From positions 36,423 to 100,422 of the forward strand of contig JAOUFM010000007.1 of assembly GCA_029858205.1 (NCBI GenBank): 64,000 nucleotides of DNA. The letters run 5' to 3'. Shown here piece by piece: positions 47,379-59,200 of the stretch (its first letter is position 1; every line of letters begins with the position of its first letter). The DNA comes from Deltaproteobacteria bacterium. GTDB taxonomy: Bacteria > Desulfobacterota > GWC2-55-46 > DRQE01. Below the pieces are notes generated by a model. It saw only the letters and a list, made by a program, of their open reading frames with translations. It searched no databases and was not told where the DNA came from. A program made the translations under genes and the position numbers.

Positions 47379-49952
47379 ATGGCTGAAATAACCGAAAGAT
47401 ACGACCACAAGGCAATAGAAGAGAAATGGCAAAGGACATGGGCCGATAACAAGGCCTTTGCCACCAGGGACTCGGGCGATAAGTACTACGTCCTTGAGAT
47501 GTTTCCGTACCCGTCCGGGAAGATCCACATGGGGCATGTTCGTAATTATACGATAGGCGACGTCATAGCGCGCTTTATGCACATGCGCGGTAAAAGCGTT
47601 CTTCACCCAATGGGGTGGGATTCTTTCGGCCTTCCTGCAGAGAACGCGGCCATTCAGAACAAGGTGCATCCTGCCAAATGGACGCACGAAAACATAGCCT
47701 TCATGAAGAAGCAGCTAAAGCGCATGGGCCTTAGCTACGATTGGGAGAGAGAGGTCGCCACCTGTTTGCCCGATTACTATAAGTGGAATCAGTGGATTTT
47801 TTTGAAATTCTACGAAAAAGGTCTTGCGTACAAGAAACTTTCTAACGTCAATTGGTGCCCCAAGTGCTCGACCGTGCTCGCAAACGAACAGGTCGAGGAA
47901 GGGCTTTGCTGGAGGTGCGAGTCTACTGTCGAGCAGAAAAAGCTCGAGCAGTGGTTCTTTAAGATTACCGAATACGCCGACGAATTGCTTGACCATACTG
48001 AAAAGCTTCCGGGCTGGCCGGAAAAAGTTCTTGTGATGCAGCGTAACTGGATAGGCAGAAGTATCGGCGCTGAGGTTGACTTTCCGGTAGTTGGAAGCAG
48101 CGAGAAAATCAGGATCTTCACAACAAGGCCGGATACGCTTTTTGGCACTACCTTCATGAGCCTTGCCCCGGAACATCCGCTTGTTAGTCGGATAACAACT
48201 GCTGATAAGAAGGCAGAGGTTAATGCCTTTGTCGAGAGAATCAGGAACGAAACAATGCGGGACAGGGAAGGTGTAGCTGAGAAAGAGGGCGTGTTTACGG
48301 GCGCGTTTTGTAAGAACCCTCTTACAGGAGCTGAGATTCCTGTCTACGCCGCGAACTTCGTTTTGATGGAATACGGCACAGGGGCTGTTATGGCAGTGCC
48401 TGCGCACGACCAGCGTGATTTCGAGTTTGCGAAGAAATACAATATCGACATAAAGGTTGTGATTAATCCTCCGGGCAAGACGCTTGAGGTAGCAAAGATG
48501 ACCGAGGCGTATGTAGAGCCAGGCGTGATGGTTAATTCAAAGGGCTTTGACGGGCTTGATAGCAATACTGCAAAGGAAAAAATAGTCGAGCACCTTGAGA
48601 AAAATAAGCTTGGGGTAAAGACAATAACCAGAAGGCTTCGCGACTGGGGCATATCGCGTCAGCGTTACTGGGGCTGCCCCATACCGTTTATTTACTGCGA
48701 CAAATGCGGCACAGTGCCCGTTCCGTACGAAAACTTGCCTGTAGTGTTGCCCGAAGACGTGAAACTTACGGGAAGCGGAAGGTCTCCGCTTGAGGCGCAC
48801 GAGAGTTTTGTCAAAGCAAAATGCCCCAAATGCAAGGGTGACGCGAGAAGAGAGACCGACACCATGGACACGTTCGTCGATTCGTCGTGGTATTTTCTCC
48901 GCTACCTTTCGCCAAAGGATACAACGCTACCCTTTACAAAGGACTCGGCCAAGAGATGGATGCCCGTTGACCGCTATATCGGCGGCATAGAGCACGCAGT
49001 GCTGCATCTACTCTATTCGAGGTTTTTTACAAAGGCGCTTCGAGACCTTGGGCTTCATACGGCAGATGAGCCTTTCGAGAACCTTCTAACCCAGGGCATG
49101 GTCTGCATGCGGACCTCCAAGTGCCCTGAGCACGGGTACGTGAGCCCTGACGAGGTTAAAGACGATAAATGCGCTCACTGCGGCAAGGCCGTTACTTACG
49201 GCGCTGTCGAGAAGATGAGCAAGAGTAAAAAGAATACGGTAGACCCAGACGGCATAATCGAGCGCTACGGCGCTGATACGACACGCCTTTTTACGCTCTT
49301 TGCCGCTCCTCCTGAGAAGGACCTTGATTGGAATATCGACGGCGTTGACGGAGCCTCGCGCTTCATAGGCAGGGTATGGAGGCTTGTTAATGATAATGCG
49401 GCAACTGTAAAGGGAGTCAGGCCTTACGCCGGTTCAGGGCAGCTTTCCGGATATCTTAAGACCGTGCACCACGCAACACACAAGACAATAAAGAAGGTCA
49501 CAGAGGACATAGAGAAGAGATACCATTTCAACACGGCGGTCAGTTCCATTATGGAGCTTGTCAATCTGCTTTATCAGTGGGAGGCTGGTAAGGAAAGTGT
49601 GGAGGAAAAGGCAGTGCTTAGGGCTGCGCTCGATGCCGTTATTCTTCTTCTCTCTCCGTTCGCGCCGCATGTTACCGAAGAGCTTTGGGCAGTGCTTGGC
49701 GCCAATAAGCGCGTGTACGAGACAGCCTGGCCGTCGTATAATGAGGCTGCTCTCGAAGTAGACGAGGTAGAGGTGGTTGTGCAGGTAAACGGCAAGGTTC
49801 GCGGCAAGCTCTCTCTTCCTACAGGTGCTAGCGAGGAGGCTGCGAAAGAGGCTGCCTTTGCCGATGACAAAATAGGCGCACATATAAAAGACAAGACGCT
49901 ACGGAAGGTCGTGTACGTGCCAAATAAACTCCTTAACATGGTGGTAGCGTGA
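47379..49952 (+). CDS. leuS: Leucine-tRNA ligase
   Basis: HIGH motif ([13 protein letters not shown]), KMSKS motif (EKMSKSKKN), CP1 editing domain. 857 aa. Confidence 0.98.
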   Translation: MAEITERYDHKAIEEKWQRTWADNKAFATRDSGDKYYVLEMFPYPSGKIHMGHVRNYTIGDVIARFMHMRGKSVLHPMGWDSFGLPAENAAIQNKVHPAKWTHENIAFMKKQLKRMGLSYDWEREVATCLPDYYKWNQWIFLKFYEKGLAYKKLSNVNWCPKCSTVLANEQVEEGLCWRCESTVEQKKLEQWFFKITEYADELLDHTEKLPGWPEKVLVMQRNWIGRSIGAEVDFPVVGSSEKIRIFTTRPDTLFGTTFMSLAPEHPLVSRITTADKKAEVNAFVERIRNETMRDREGVAEKEGVFTGAFCKNPLTGAEIPVYAANFVLMEYGTGAVMAVPAHDQRDFEFAKKYNIDIKVVINPPGKTLEVAKMTEAYVEPGVMVNSKGFDGLDSNTAKEKIVEHLEKNKLGVKTITRRLRDWGISRQRYWGCPIPFIYCDKCGTVPVPYENLPVVLPEDVKLTGSGRSPLEAHESFVKAKCPKCKGDARRETDTMDTFVDSSWYFLRYLSPKDTTLPFTKDSAKRWMPVDRYIGGIEHAVLHLLYSRFFTKALRDLGLHTADEPFENLLTQGMVCMRTSKCPEHGYVSPDEVKDDKCAHCGKAVTYGAVEKMSKSKKNTVDPDGIIERYGADTTRLFTLFAAPPEKDLDWNIDGVDGASRFIGRVWRLVNDNAATVKGVRPYAGSGQLSGYLKTVHHATHKTIKKVTEDIEKRYHFNTAVSSIMELVNLLYQWEAGKESVEEKAVLRAALDAVILLLSPFAPHVTEELWAVLGANKRVYETAWPSYNEAALEVDEVEVVVQVNGKVRGKLSLPTGASEEAAKEAAFADDKIGAHIKDKTLRKVVYVPNKLLNMVVA

Positions 49953-50461
49953 TTTTCAGAAAAAACATCGTCATACTGGCGGCGCTCTTTTTTATCGCCG
50001 GCTGCGGCTACGGCCCTGCCTCCGTCAAGCCCGAGCCCCTTGGAGCGGGGATACGCTCGGTAGCTGTGCCTGTGTTTGGGAATATGACCTTCAGGGCTGG
50101 TATCGAGGGCATATTGTCAACACGTGTTGCAGACGAGCTTGTGAACATGATAAAGGTTACGGATACCGAGAATGCCGATGCAAGGCTCGATGGCGTGATA
50201 ACTCATTATAGACTAACTCCAGTTGCATTTACCGAGAATAGCGTTGTAAGCGAGTACAGGCTTACTGTATCGGCCTCGGTAAGGCTCGTTAAAAAGGGAG
50301 AGACCGCCTCTCTTTGGGATGAGGCCTTCGAGGACTTCGAGGACTTTAAGGTGGATACCTCTAACGTCACGGCCACCAGGGAAAACGAAACAGAGGCATT
50401 CAGGGAAATCGCGCACAAGATGGCGCGGCTTATAAGGGAAAGGTTCTCGGTAAGGTTTTAA
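49949..50461 (+). CDS. lptE: LPS-assembly lipoprotein LptE (RlpB)
   Basis: Lipobox FFIAGCGY, 170 aa, and the conserved leuS-lptE-holA context. The GTG start overlaps the leuS stop. Confidence 0.72.
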   Translation: MIFRKNIVILAALFFIAGCGYGPASVKPEPLGAGIRSVAVPVFGNMTFRAGIEGILSTRVADELVNMIKVTDTENADARLDGVITHYRLTPVAFTENSVVSEYRLTVSASVRLVKKGETASLWDEAFEDFEDFKVDTSNVTATRENETEAFREIAHKMARLIRERFSVRF

Positions 50462-51463
50462 ATGGATACTAAGAACATAAAGCCCGTATACTATCTCTTC
50501 GGAGACGAGGAATATCTTAAGACCGAGACGGTTGAGTCCGTAAAGAAAGCCGTGCTCGCGGGGCCCATGGCCTCGCTTAATTTCAACAAATACGCGGTGA
50601 AGGGCCTCGATATGTCCGAGGTAGTGGCAGTTGCCAACACCATGCCGGCCTTTTCCTCGATGCGCATGATAGTCGTTACAGGGGCCGAGGGGCTAAAGGA
50701 GAAGCAGACCGAGCCGCTCATGCGCTATCTTGAGAAGCCTTCTGCCTCCACCTGCCTCGTGCTTATTTCCGATGATGAGTATCTAAGGGTGAAGAAGTCC
50801 GCCCTGCACGCGCTTATAAAGGAAAAGGGGTATGCGAAAGAGTGCATGAAGCTAAAGCGCCCGGCCCTCGATAAGTGGGTGACGGCGTTTCTAAAGGAGA
50901 GGGGCAAGACCATAGGAAGCCCGGCGCTTGAGAGGCTTTTAAACGCAACAGGGACGCGGCTAGCCGATATAAAAGGAGAGCTTGAGAAGCTCGTGCTTTT
51001 CGTTGGCGATGCGGATGCGATAGGGGATACCGATGTCGCCGCCTCTGTCGTTGGCGTTAACGAGGCAAGCGCCTTTGACCTTGCCTCTGCGGTGATAAGA
51101 AAGGACAGAAAGGCTGCCCTTAGAATCGCGCTCACGCTTGTCGATGAGGACATGCTTGCTGTTGTCGGGGCCATGGCCTGGCAGATAAGGGCAGTGTTGA
51201 GGACCGCTGCGGCCTCTGCGCGCGGATTGGATAAGTGGGGCATAGTGAGGGAGGCAAAGGTGCCACTCGATAATATCCCGCTTTATCTGCAGTTGTCGAA
51301 ACAGGCGAGCGAGGCCGAGCTTCTGGGCCTTTTGGTCAGGCTAAGGGAGGTTATTTTGGGAGTAAAGTCGAATGACAAGCTTCCCGGGCCTGTGGCGATG
51401 AGTTACATGGCCCTGGCCCTTTCTTCCGGGCGCGGCGTAGCAGTGGCAGGTGGACGCGCTTAA
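50462..51463 (+). CDS. holA: DNA polymerase III subunit delta
   Basis: N-terminal PVYYLFGDEEYL and 333 aa length. The call rests on this plus position after lptE. Confidence 0.85.
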   Translation: MDTKNIKPVYYLFGDEEYLKTETVESVKKAVLAGPMASLNFNKYAVKGLDMSEVVAVANTMPAFSSMRMIVVTGAEGLKEKQTEPLMRYLEKPSASTCLVLISDDEYLRVKKSALHALIKEKGYAKECMKLKRPALDKWVTAFLKERGKTIGSPALERLLNATGTRLADIKGELEKLVLFVGDADAIGDTDVAASVVGVNEASAFDLASAVIRKDRKAALRIALTLVDEDMLAVVGAMAWQIRAVLRTAAASARGLDKWGIVREAKVPLDNIPLYLQLSKQASEAELLGLLVRLREVILGVKSNDKLPGPVAMSYMALALSSGRGVAVAGGRA

Positions 51464-51465
51464 AG

Positions 51466-51506
51466 CAAAAAGAAACGCAAGCGCCCTTTTACGGGGCTTG
51501 CGTTTT
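51466..51506. terminator. Bidirectional intrinsic terminator between holA (+) and rpsT (-)
   Basis: Stem aaacgcaagc / gcttgcgttt with further inner pairing, flanked by an A-run upstream and a T-run downstream. Confidence 0.75.
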
Positions 51507-51531
51507 CAGGTTGTCATGGCCGTGCGGTTAA

Positions 51532-51801
51532 TTACTTTGCGCCAAGCGTGTTGACTGCGGTCACGAGCCTTGAGATGCGGCGCGAGGCGTTGTTTCTGTG
51601 AAGAACGCCTTTTGTAACGGACTTGTCGAGAAGGGTGCGCACCTCCGCGAGCTTGCTCTTTGCCCAGTCCGAGTCGCCGTTTTTGACGGCATCCACGACC
51701 TTTTTGGCAGCGGTTCTTATCTGGGATTTGTAGGCAGAGTTTCTCGAGTTCCTTTTTATGCTCTGCGCGTGCCTCTTGATTGCTGATTTATTGTTTGCCA
51801 A
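51532..51801 (-). CDS. rpsT: 30S ribosomal protein S20
   Basis: MANNKSAIKRHAQSIKRNSRN is the canonical S20 N-terminus. 89 aa. Confidence 0.96.
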   Translation of the reverse strand: MANNKSAIKRHAQSIKRNSRNSAYKSQIRTAAKKVVDAVKNGDSDWAKSKLAEVRTLLDKSVTKGVLHRNNASRRISRLVTAVNTLGAK

Positions 51802-51907
51802 GCTATATACCTCCGGTATTTGTTAAGCTATTATGATATTATTTTTTTCGAATATTGTCAAGGCCTTCGGTATGTTGGCCGGTTTTGCTTAAAAGAGGGG
51901 AGTTTAG

Positions 51908-53491
51908 ATGAGCGATAAGCGGCGCATGGTGAAGGCAGCCGGCATAGTCGGCAGTGCGACTATGCTTAGCCGCGTCCTCGGGTATGTGAGGGATGCGGTG
52001 ATTGCGTGGTTTTTCGGCGCTGGCATGGCTGCGGACGCCTTTTTAGCGGCGCTTCCGGTCTCCAACCTTCTACGCCGTCTTCTTGGCGAGGGCGCGCTCA
52101 CAAGCTCTTTTGTGCCGGTATTTACCGATTATATCGAAAAGAACTCGAAGGAGGAGGCCAGGGTCTTTGTTTCGAGGTTTACGACCTTCTTTTTCGTTGT
52201 CCTGGTAGTTGTTACCGCGCTTTGCATATGGTTTTCCGAGCCGCTTGTGCGCCTTATAACGCCCGGGTTTGCGGATAACCCGGAGAAGTTCGGTCTTACG
52301 GTTCGCCTTACGCAGATAATGTTCCCGTACATGGTGTTTGTCGGCCTTATGGCCGTGGCCATGGGAGTTCTCAATGCGCTAAGGCACTTCTTTGCGCCTG
52401 CGATATCGCCGGTGCTATTGAACATCTCCATGATAGGCTCTGTCCTGATAGTTGCGCCGTTTGTGGAGAGCCCGGCGCACGCGCTTGCCGCTTCGGTGCT
52501 CGTTGGCGGGCTGCTGCAGCTTCTTGTGCAGTTGCCGTACCTAAAGAAGTTCGGGATGCTGCCGGGGATAGCGTTTGCGTTTAGGGATCCCGGGGTATGG
52601 AAGGTTCTCAAGCTTCTCATATATTCTGCAATAGGATTGGGTATTTACCAGCTAAACGTAGTAATTATACTAAGATTTGCCTCAGGCCTTAGCGAGGGAA
52701 GCGTGTCGTATCTGTACTATGCAACACGCCTTATGGAGCTGCCCCTTGGCGTGTTTGGCGTATCCCTTGCAACCGCTGCCCTGCCGGCATTGTCTATGCA
52801 CGCCTCGCGTAACGACGCCGCTGCGTTTTCCGGCGCGCTTTCCAATGCTGTAAAGCTGTCCAATTTTATCTGCCTTCCCGCAACGGCCGGGCTGATGGCG
52901 CTTGCGTATCCGATAACCGATATTTTGTTCGTAAGAGGCGAGTTTAGCCCGTATGACGCGAAGCAGACGGCCGTAGCGCTTCTGTTTTTTGCAGTTGGAA
53001 TAGTGCCTGTTGCCATATCGAGGGTGCTTGTTTCCGTGTTTTATTCGTTAAAGGACACGAAGACGCCTGTGATACTGTCGTTTTTCGCCTTTATTTTCAA
53101 CATTGCAATGTGTGTCGCCCTTGTAGGTCCCTTAAAGCACGGCGGACTTGCGTTTGCAGCATCGCTTTCCGCGTTCTTTAATACGGTTCTCTTGGCCCTT
53201 GTGCTGTATAAACGTCTTGGCGCCTTCTTTAACGTGGCGGATTGGAGGGATTTCGGTGTATCGATGCTTGCTTCCGTGGTTATGGGGGTGGCTGTGTACC
53301 GCTTTACGGCTATGTTCGACTGGCATGCGCTGTCGTTTTTCGGCAAGACCGCGCTGTTATCAGGCGCTATAGCGCTTGGAATAGGCATTTACGCGGCCAT
53401 GTCGGCGTTATTTAAGGTGCGCGAGTTCGATTTTGTCTGTGGATTGCTAAAGGAAAAAGCCAAGGCGCTGCAAGGGAAAATCCGGCTGTAA
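51908..53491 (+). CDS. murJ: Lipid II flippase MurJ (MviN)
   Basis: N-terminus AAGIVGSATMLSRVLGYVRDAVIAWFFGAG, about 14 TM segments, 527 aa. Confidence 0.94.
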   Translation: MSDKRRMVKAAGIVGSATMLSRVLGYVRDAVIAWFFGAGMAADAFLAALPVSNLLRRLLGEGALTSSFVPVFTDYIEKNSKEEARVFVSRFTTFFFVVLVVVTALCIWFSEPLVRLITPGFADNPEKFGLTVRLTQIMFPYMVFVGLMAVAMGVLNALRHFFAPAISPVLLNISMIGSVLIVAPFVESPAHALAASVLVGGLLQLLVQLPYLKKFGMLPGIAFAFRDPGVWKVLKLLIYSAIGLGIYQLNVVIILRFASGLSEGSVSYLYYATRLMELPLGVFGVSLATAALPALSMHASRNDAAAFSGALSNAVKLSNFICLPATAGLMALAYPITDILFVRGEFSPYDAKQTAVALLFFAVGIVPVAISRVLVSVFYSLKDTKTPVILSFFAFIFNIAMCVALVGPLKHGGLAFAASLSAFFNTVLLALVLYKRLGAFFNVADWRDFGVSMLASVVMGVAVYRFTAMFDWHALSFFGKTALLSGAIALGIGIYAAMSALFKVREFDFVCGLLKEKAKALQGKIRL

Positions 53492-53650
53492 TTGAAAACG
53501 CATGAAAAACAGGCTAACAGCTTGATTTTTATAGATTAACTACTGCCCAAAAAATAAGCATTCTTGCAAAAACCTTGATAAAACGTTTTTAATATGGTTG
53601 TGTCATGGGTTGTTTTGAACAGCTTTTCCACAGCTTTTGGGGAGAACCTT

Positions 53651-54454
53651 TTAACCGTCCGAAATAGCTTTGTTTTTTTCTTTTTGCTTTGCTTCATTCC
53701 AAAGCGCTTCCATTTCGTCTAGAGAGGAGTTCGAGAGCGATTTATTTTTCTCTTCGAGCGATTTCTCTATGAAATGAAAGCGGTACATGAACCTTCCGAT
53801 GGTTTTTCTAAGCGCTTCTTCCGGATTTACTTCGACAAACCTTGCAACATTGACGAGCGCGAAGAGAATATCTCCGAGTTCTTCCTCCACATTCTTCGTA
53901 TCTTTGCGTTTTAGCGCGTCTTTGAACTCGTTTAATTCCTCTTCGAGCTTATCCATGACTTCTTCGGTGGATCTCCAATCGAAGCCTGTTTTCGCGGCTT
54001 TTTTACTTATTTTGTGCGCTCTAAGGAGTGAGGGAAGGGTTTCCGGCACATTCGAGAGGTATCCGCCGTGATTTTTTTTCTTTTCCTCGGCTTTTTTTAT
54101 TTCATCCCATTTTAAAAGTACTTCTTTTGACGTTTCAGCGCTTGCATCTCCAAACACATGAGGGTGTCTGCGCGTCATCTTTGAAATATTTTCTTCGATA
54201 ACGTCCTTTATTGTGAACTCATTTGCCTCGCTTGCAAGTTGTGACGCGAATACGACCTGAAATAACAGGTCTCCGAGTTCCTCTTTTAGCGCATCCTTTG
54301 AACCTGACTCTATTGCTGCCACCACTTCATGGGCTTCTTCGATTATAAAGGGGATGAGTGTGGATAAGTCCTGCTCCCTGTCCCAGGGGCAGCCGTCCGT
54401 GGCCCTAAGCCTTGCCATAAGTGATACGAGTTCTTTGAGTTTTAGCTCATCCAT
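53651..54454 (-). CDS. mazG: Nucleoside triphosphate pyrophosphohydrolase MazG (tandem MazG domains)
   Basis: LRATDGCPWDREQ and EExxE motifs in both halves (EEAHEVVAAI..ELGDLLF and EELNEF..EELGDILF). Confidence 0.9.
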   Translation of the reverse strand: MDELKLKELVSLMARLRATDGCPWDREQDLSTLIPFIIEEAHEVVAAIESGSKDALKEELGDLLFQVVFASQLASEANEFTIKDVIEENISKMTRRHPHVFGDASAETSKEVLLKWDEIKKAEEKKKNHGGYLSNVPETLPSLLRAHKISKKAAKTGFDWRSTEEVMDKLEEELNEFKDALKRKDTKNVEEELGDILFALVNVARFVEVNPEEALRKTIGRFMYRFHFIEKSLEEKNKSLSNSSLDEMEALWNEAKQKEKNKAISDG

Positions 54455-54530
54455 TTGTTTTTATTGGCTTTTTGCTTGGGCGGTCTTGAGCGGTTGCGAT
54501 TTGTATATAAATGTTAAAGGAGTGTCTTTG

Positions 54531-54740
54531 TTACTCTTTTAGTAAGGCATCTTTCTTTTCAACGCTTTCATTTACCTTACCGGCCTTATCGTGAACCTTC
54601 TCCATTACGCCGGAATAGTTCGGAACGCCTGTTGTAGAGCCCGTAGGCTCGCCGGAGGGCTTTTCCTTTTTATCTCCGCATCCGGTAATAAAGATTGTTA
54701 CGGCTGCCAATAGTATAAATGCGCAAAGTGTTTTCTTCAT
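54531..54740 (-). CDS. Small hypothetical lipoprotein
   Basis: 69-aa ORF with signal peptide and lipobox (ITGCGD). No other evidence supports it. Confidence 0.45.
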   Translation of the reverse strand: MKKTLCAFILLAAVTIFITGCGDKKEKPSGEPTGSTTGVPNYSGVMEKVHDKAGKVNESVEKKDALLKE

Positions 54741-54859
54741 GACCCTATTATGGCATAAAGCGCCGGGGAAATCAAACTATTGCGGCGAGGCTTACTATGT
54801 GGTATGATTCCAAGCGGTACGGCGGATTATTTTATCTGCCGGTTTTTCTTTTATATCCC

Positions 54860-56221
54860 ATGAAAAAAGACATTTTAAGGGAGCTTCCCTCTGTAGAGAA
54901 GGTGCTGTCATCGTTGTCGTCCTCTTATTCGGCGACGGTTGGCAGGGGTGTGCTTACGGCTGCTGTCCGGGAAGCACTTGAGCACCTTAGGGCAGGCGTT
55001 CTAAGCGGCCTTGTTACCGACGTTTCCGATGCTGTCATCGGCGCGCTTGTCAAGGAACGCGTCGAGAGGCTTTCTTCCGACACCTTAAGGCGCGTTATTA
55101 ACGCGAGCGGCACGGTGCTGCACACGAACCTTGGCCGCGCAATCCTTGCAAAAGAGGCGGTCGAGGCGCTAACGATTGCAGCCTCGGGCCCGGTGGACGT
55201 CGAGTTCGACATCGGCAGGGCCTCTCGCGGAGAGCGTGACTCGCGTATCGAGGAGCTTTTAAAGGAGCTTACCGGAGCCGAGGCTGCCTGCGCGGTCAAC
55301 AACAACGCAGCTGCAGTGCTTATAACGCTAAATACGCTTGCCATGGGCCGCGAGGTCGTTATATCCAGGGGCGAGCTGATAGAGATAGGCGGTTCGTTTC
55401 GGCTTCCGGAGGTAATTGAAAAAAGCGGGTGTATACTTAAAGAGGTCGGCACCACCAACAGGACGCACAAGAAGGACTTCGAAGAGGCAATAACCGGCTC
55501 TACCGCGCTTTTATTCAAGGCGCATAAGAGCAACTTCGATATCGTAGGTTTTTCCTCCGAGGTCGGGCTGGGTGAGCTTGTCGACATAGGCAAGAGGCGT
55601 AATATTGCCGTTGTAGAGGACCTTGGAAGCGGCTCTCTTGTCGACATATCGGCATACGGCCTTAAGAAGGAGCCTATAGTAAAGGAGAGGGTCTCTCTTG
55701 GCGCAGATATCGTAACCTTTAGCGGCGATAAGCTTCTCGGAGGCCCGCAGGCAGGGCTCATAGTGGGAAAGAAGAAGTTCGTTGACATGATAAGGAAGAA
55801 TCCCTTGAAGCGCGCCTTGAGGCTTGATAAGCTTACTATCGCAGCGCTTGAGGCTACTCTTCGGCTCTATCTTTCGCCCGAGACGTTGAAGGAAAGGCTT
55901 CCGGCCTTTAAGTATCTTTCGAGAAGCATGGATGATATCGGGAAACTGGCCATCGAGGCAGCAGGCCTCATAAAGGTGAAGCTCGGGGCTTCGTACTCTA
56001 TAACTGTCGAGGACTCGGAGAGCCAGGTCGGGAGCGGCTCTCTTCCAGGGCACACGATACCGACGAAGGTGGTTATAGTGACGCACCCGGAGAAGAATGC
56101 AGGCGCGGTGTCCGCGCTATTTTTGGGCGCTGCCACCCCGATAGTCGGCCGTATACATAAAGACAGGTTCATGCTTGATATGAGAACCGTTGACGCTGCA
56201 ACCGACGTTTGCCCTTCGTAA
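54860..56221 (+). CDS. selA: L-seryl-tRNA(Sec) selenium transferase
   Basis: N-terminal LRELPSVEKVL and the PLP-lysine motif FSGDKLLGGPQAGLIVG. The ATG at 54860 is preferred over the ORF-track start at 54797. Confidence 0.93.
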   Translation: MKKDILRELPSVEKVLSSLSSSYSATVGRGVLTAAVREALEHLRAGVLSGLVTDVSDAVIGALVKERVERLSSDTLRRVINASGTVLHTNLGRAILAKEAVEALTIAASGPVDVEFDIGRASRGERDSRIEELLKELTGAEAACAVNNNAAAVLITLNTLAMGREVVISRGELIEIGGSFRLPEVIEKSGCILKEVGTTNRTHKKDFEEAITGSTALLFKAHKSNFDIVGFSSEVGLGELVDIGKRRNIAVVEDLGSGSLVDISAYGLKKEPIVKERVSLGADIVTFSGDKLLGGPQAGLIVGKKKFVDMIRKNPLKRALRLDKLTIAALEATLRLYLSPETLKERLPAFKYLSRSMDDIGKLAIEAAGLIKVKLGASYSITVEDSESQVGSGSLPGHTIPTKVVIVTHPEKNAGAVSALFLGAATPIVGRIHKDRFMLDMRTVDAATDVCPS

Positions 56222-56283
56222 TTTTATTGGCCTGGTATTTTTGACGCTGATTAGTGACAGCGATTATTATCGAGGATTGGGAT

Positions 56284-59200
56284 ATGTGGAAATACGGAGA
56301 CTCTCTGGCAAGAAAGGCCCTTATAGCGGTTTTCATACTGCTGCTGCCGATGGCCGTCGCCTTTCTCTATACTTATACAAGCACAAAACAAAAGCTTCTT
56401 AATACCACACTCGAAGAGCTCCTTGTAACTGCCGAGGGTTACGAGGCCCTGGTGTATTCTTTTATAGAGATGAGCAAGCGAAGGGCCGAGGACTTCGCAA
56501 GCGACGGCCTCATACGGCGTGAGTTAAAGCGCGGCGGCTCAGGGGCCGCACTTTCCGCGCACCTTGTTAAAAACAAAATAGTGCTCGATAAGACGCTCCT
56601 CTATATAAACGTGCTTGATTTGAAGGGCAGGGTCGTTGCCTCGACCGACAAGCGAAATGTCGGGAAAAATTATTTTGACGAAGACGTATTTAAGAAAGGT
56701 GTCGTTCGGACGGTATTTCTCGAAGACCATCACGGGGGCGAGGGGCAAGACATTGCCAATATAGAAGTTGCGACCCCTGTGCGAGATGTCGACACCGGCG
56801 CTGTAATAGGCGTGCTCGTAAACGATATAAAGTTCGATGAGCTCGATTCCCTTGTAAGCGGAGCTTTTCTTGCCCGGCACGGCGCCATAAGCTACGGCAA
56901 AGGGTCAAGGGAAACCCTTGAGATATATCTTGTTGACGACCATAAGCATTTTCTAACGAGCTCGCGGTTTCTGCCAGACGTCATATTAAAGGCTAAGGTC
57001 GATACTTTGCCTGTCAATGCCTGCGTTAACGAGTCGAAGGAGATGAAGGGGTACTACGACGATTACAGGGGTATGCGTGTCGGCGGCGTTTCCATGTGCC
57101 TGCCCGAGCTTAGCTGGACGCTCCTTACCGAAATCGACGAGCGCGAGGTACTTAGGCCGATTAACGAGATACTTAGAAGCGTTTTGATAGCCGCCTTTAT
57201 TGCCGTTCTCCTGATGTTCCTTCTTTATTATTTATTCCTTAAGTATGTTATACGCCCGCTCGACAGTCTTGTTGTCGCTTCCGAGAAACTTGCAAAAGGC
57301 GATTACGATATCGCGCTTCCCGTGACCACGTCCGACGAAATCGGACGCCTTGTCGATGCCTTTAATTCCATGACAGTCGACATACGTGAGCGCACCGCGG
57401 AGATAAAGAAAAGCGAGGCAAGCCTGCTTAACGCGCAGCGCGTTGCGCACATGGGCAACTGGGACTGGAATATCGTTACAGGCGACCTTCACTGGTCCCC
57501 TGAGATATACCGTATATTTGGCATAGATCCCTACGAGTTCAAGGAGACCTACGACGCGTTTCTCGAGAGAGTGCACCCGGACGACAGGCAATATGTCATA
57601 GATTCCGTAAATGCCGCGCTTGCCAACGAAAAGCCGTACTCTATAGACCACAGACTTATAACCGTTACCGGTGAAGAGCGGATTGTTCATGAGGAAGCCG
57701 AGGTAACGTTTAATAATGGCAAGCCCGTCAAGATGACCGGCACTGTGCAGGACGTTACAGAAGCCAGAAGAAGCGAGTACGAGCTTAAAAAGCTCACTAT
57801 GGTCATAGAGCAGAGCATCAACCTTGTGTTCATAACAGATTCGATTGGCAAAATTGAGTATGTGAACCCCACCTTCGAAAACATTTCCGGGTATTCGAGG
57901 GAGGAGTGTATCGGAAAGTATCCGACTATCGTTGCCTCCGGCGACACATCGGCCGAGGATTATAAGAAACTCTGGAATACCATATCTTCGGGTAAGACCT
58001 GGCGCGGCGTCTTTAAGAATAAGAAGAAGAACGGCGAGTACTTCTGGGTATCGAGCATCATCTCTCCGATAAGGGACGACAAGGGCGCTATAACGCATTA
58101 CCTCGCCATACAGGAAGACGTGACCGACAGGATGCAGGCCGAGGAAAAGATGCGCTACCTTAGCTATCATGACGAGCTTACAGGCCTCTATAACAGGCAG
58201 CATTTCATACATATAGTGGATTCCTGGCTCGCGCTTGGCGACGGCGCCGAAGGCCCCGAAGGCGTCGGGGTTCTCATGATATTCGACCTTGACCAGTTCA
58301 AGTTCATCAATAACACCTACGGCCACGGCATGGGCGATTCCGTGCTCGTAAGGATAGCAAGGCTTGTTGAGAATAAGCTTACCTCGCAGGAGTTCCCGTT
58401 CGTTAAGGACGTATCGAGCGGCGTAATACTCTCGAGGCTCAGCGCCGACGAGTTCGCCGTCTTTTTGCCAGGGCTTGGCGAGGCGCAGGCCGTTGCTGCC
58501 GCCGAATATCTTAGAGGCTGCATAGAGCACTATAACCCTGTCGAGATATCCGGCAAACTCACTGCAAGCATCGGGTGCGCGCTTTATCCGAGCCACGGCG
58601 ATTCCGCAAGAAAGCTCCTCTCCAAGGCCGATGCCGCGTGTTATAGAGCAAAGGAGCTTGGCAGGAACAGAGCGCGTCTGTATAAGGAAGAGGACGGAGT
58701 TCTCGAGCAGATGCGTGACAGGCTTACCCGTAAAGACATGATAATCGAGGCCGTTGACAATAACCGCTTCGAGCCCTGGTTCCAGCCCATAATGAATATC
58801 GAGACCGGCGAGGTATCGCACTACGAAGCGCTTGCGAGGCTTCGCGATGCTTCCGGCGGCATAGTCATGCCTGGCGAGTTCATAGACACGGCCGAGCGCT
58901 TTGGCCTTATAGCGCAGGTCAACAACATGGTCTTTGAGAAGTCCCTTGACACCATGCTTAAACTTAACAAGGCCGGGCGCAAGGTCACGTTCTCGGTAAA
59001 TCTCTCTGGCCGCATGATAGGCGAGGAGGAGACGCTTATTTATTTGAAAGAAACGATAAAGAAGTCAGGAGTAGATCCTTCGTGCATAGTGTTTGAAATA
59101 ACCGAGACGGCCATGGTGCAGGATATTAAGCTCGCCAAAGGCTTTATAGACGACCTTAGGAGCGTGGGTTGCCATTTTTCGCTCGATGATTTCGGCGTCG

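Noticed and set aside
57232-58821. 529-aa minus-strand ORF
   Set aside because: It is antisense to the PAS-GGDEF-EAL gene, whose motifs are unambiguous. It has no recognisable motifs and no Shine-Dalgarno, so it is a shadow ORF.
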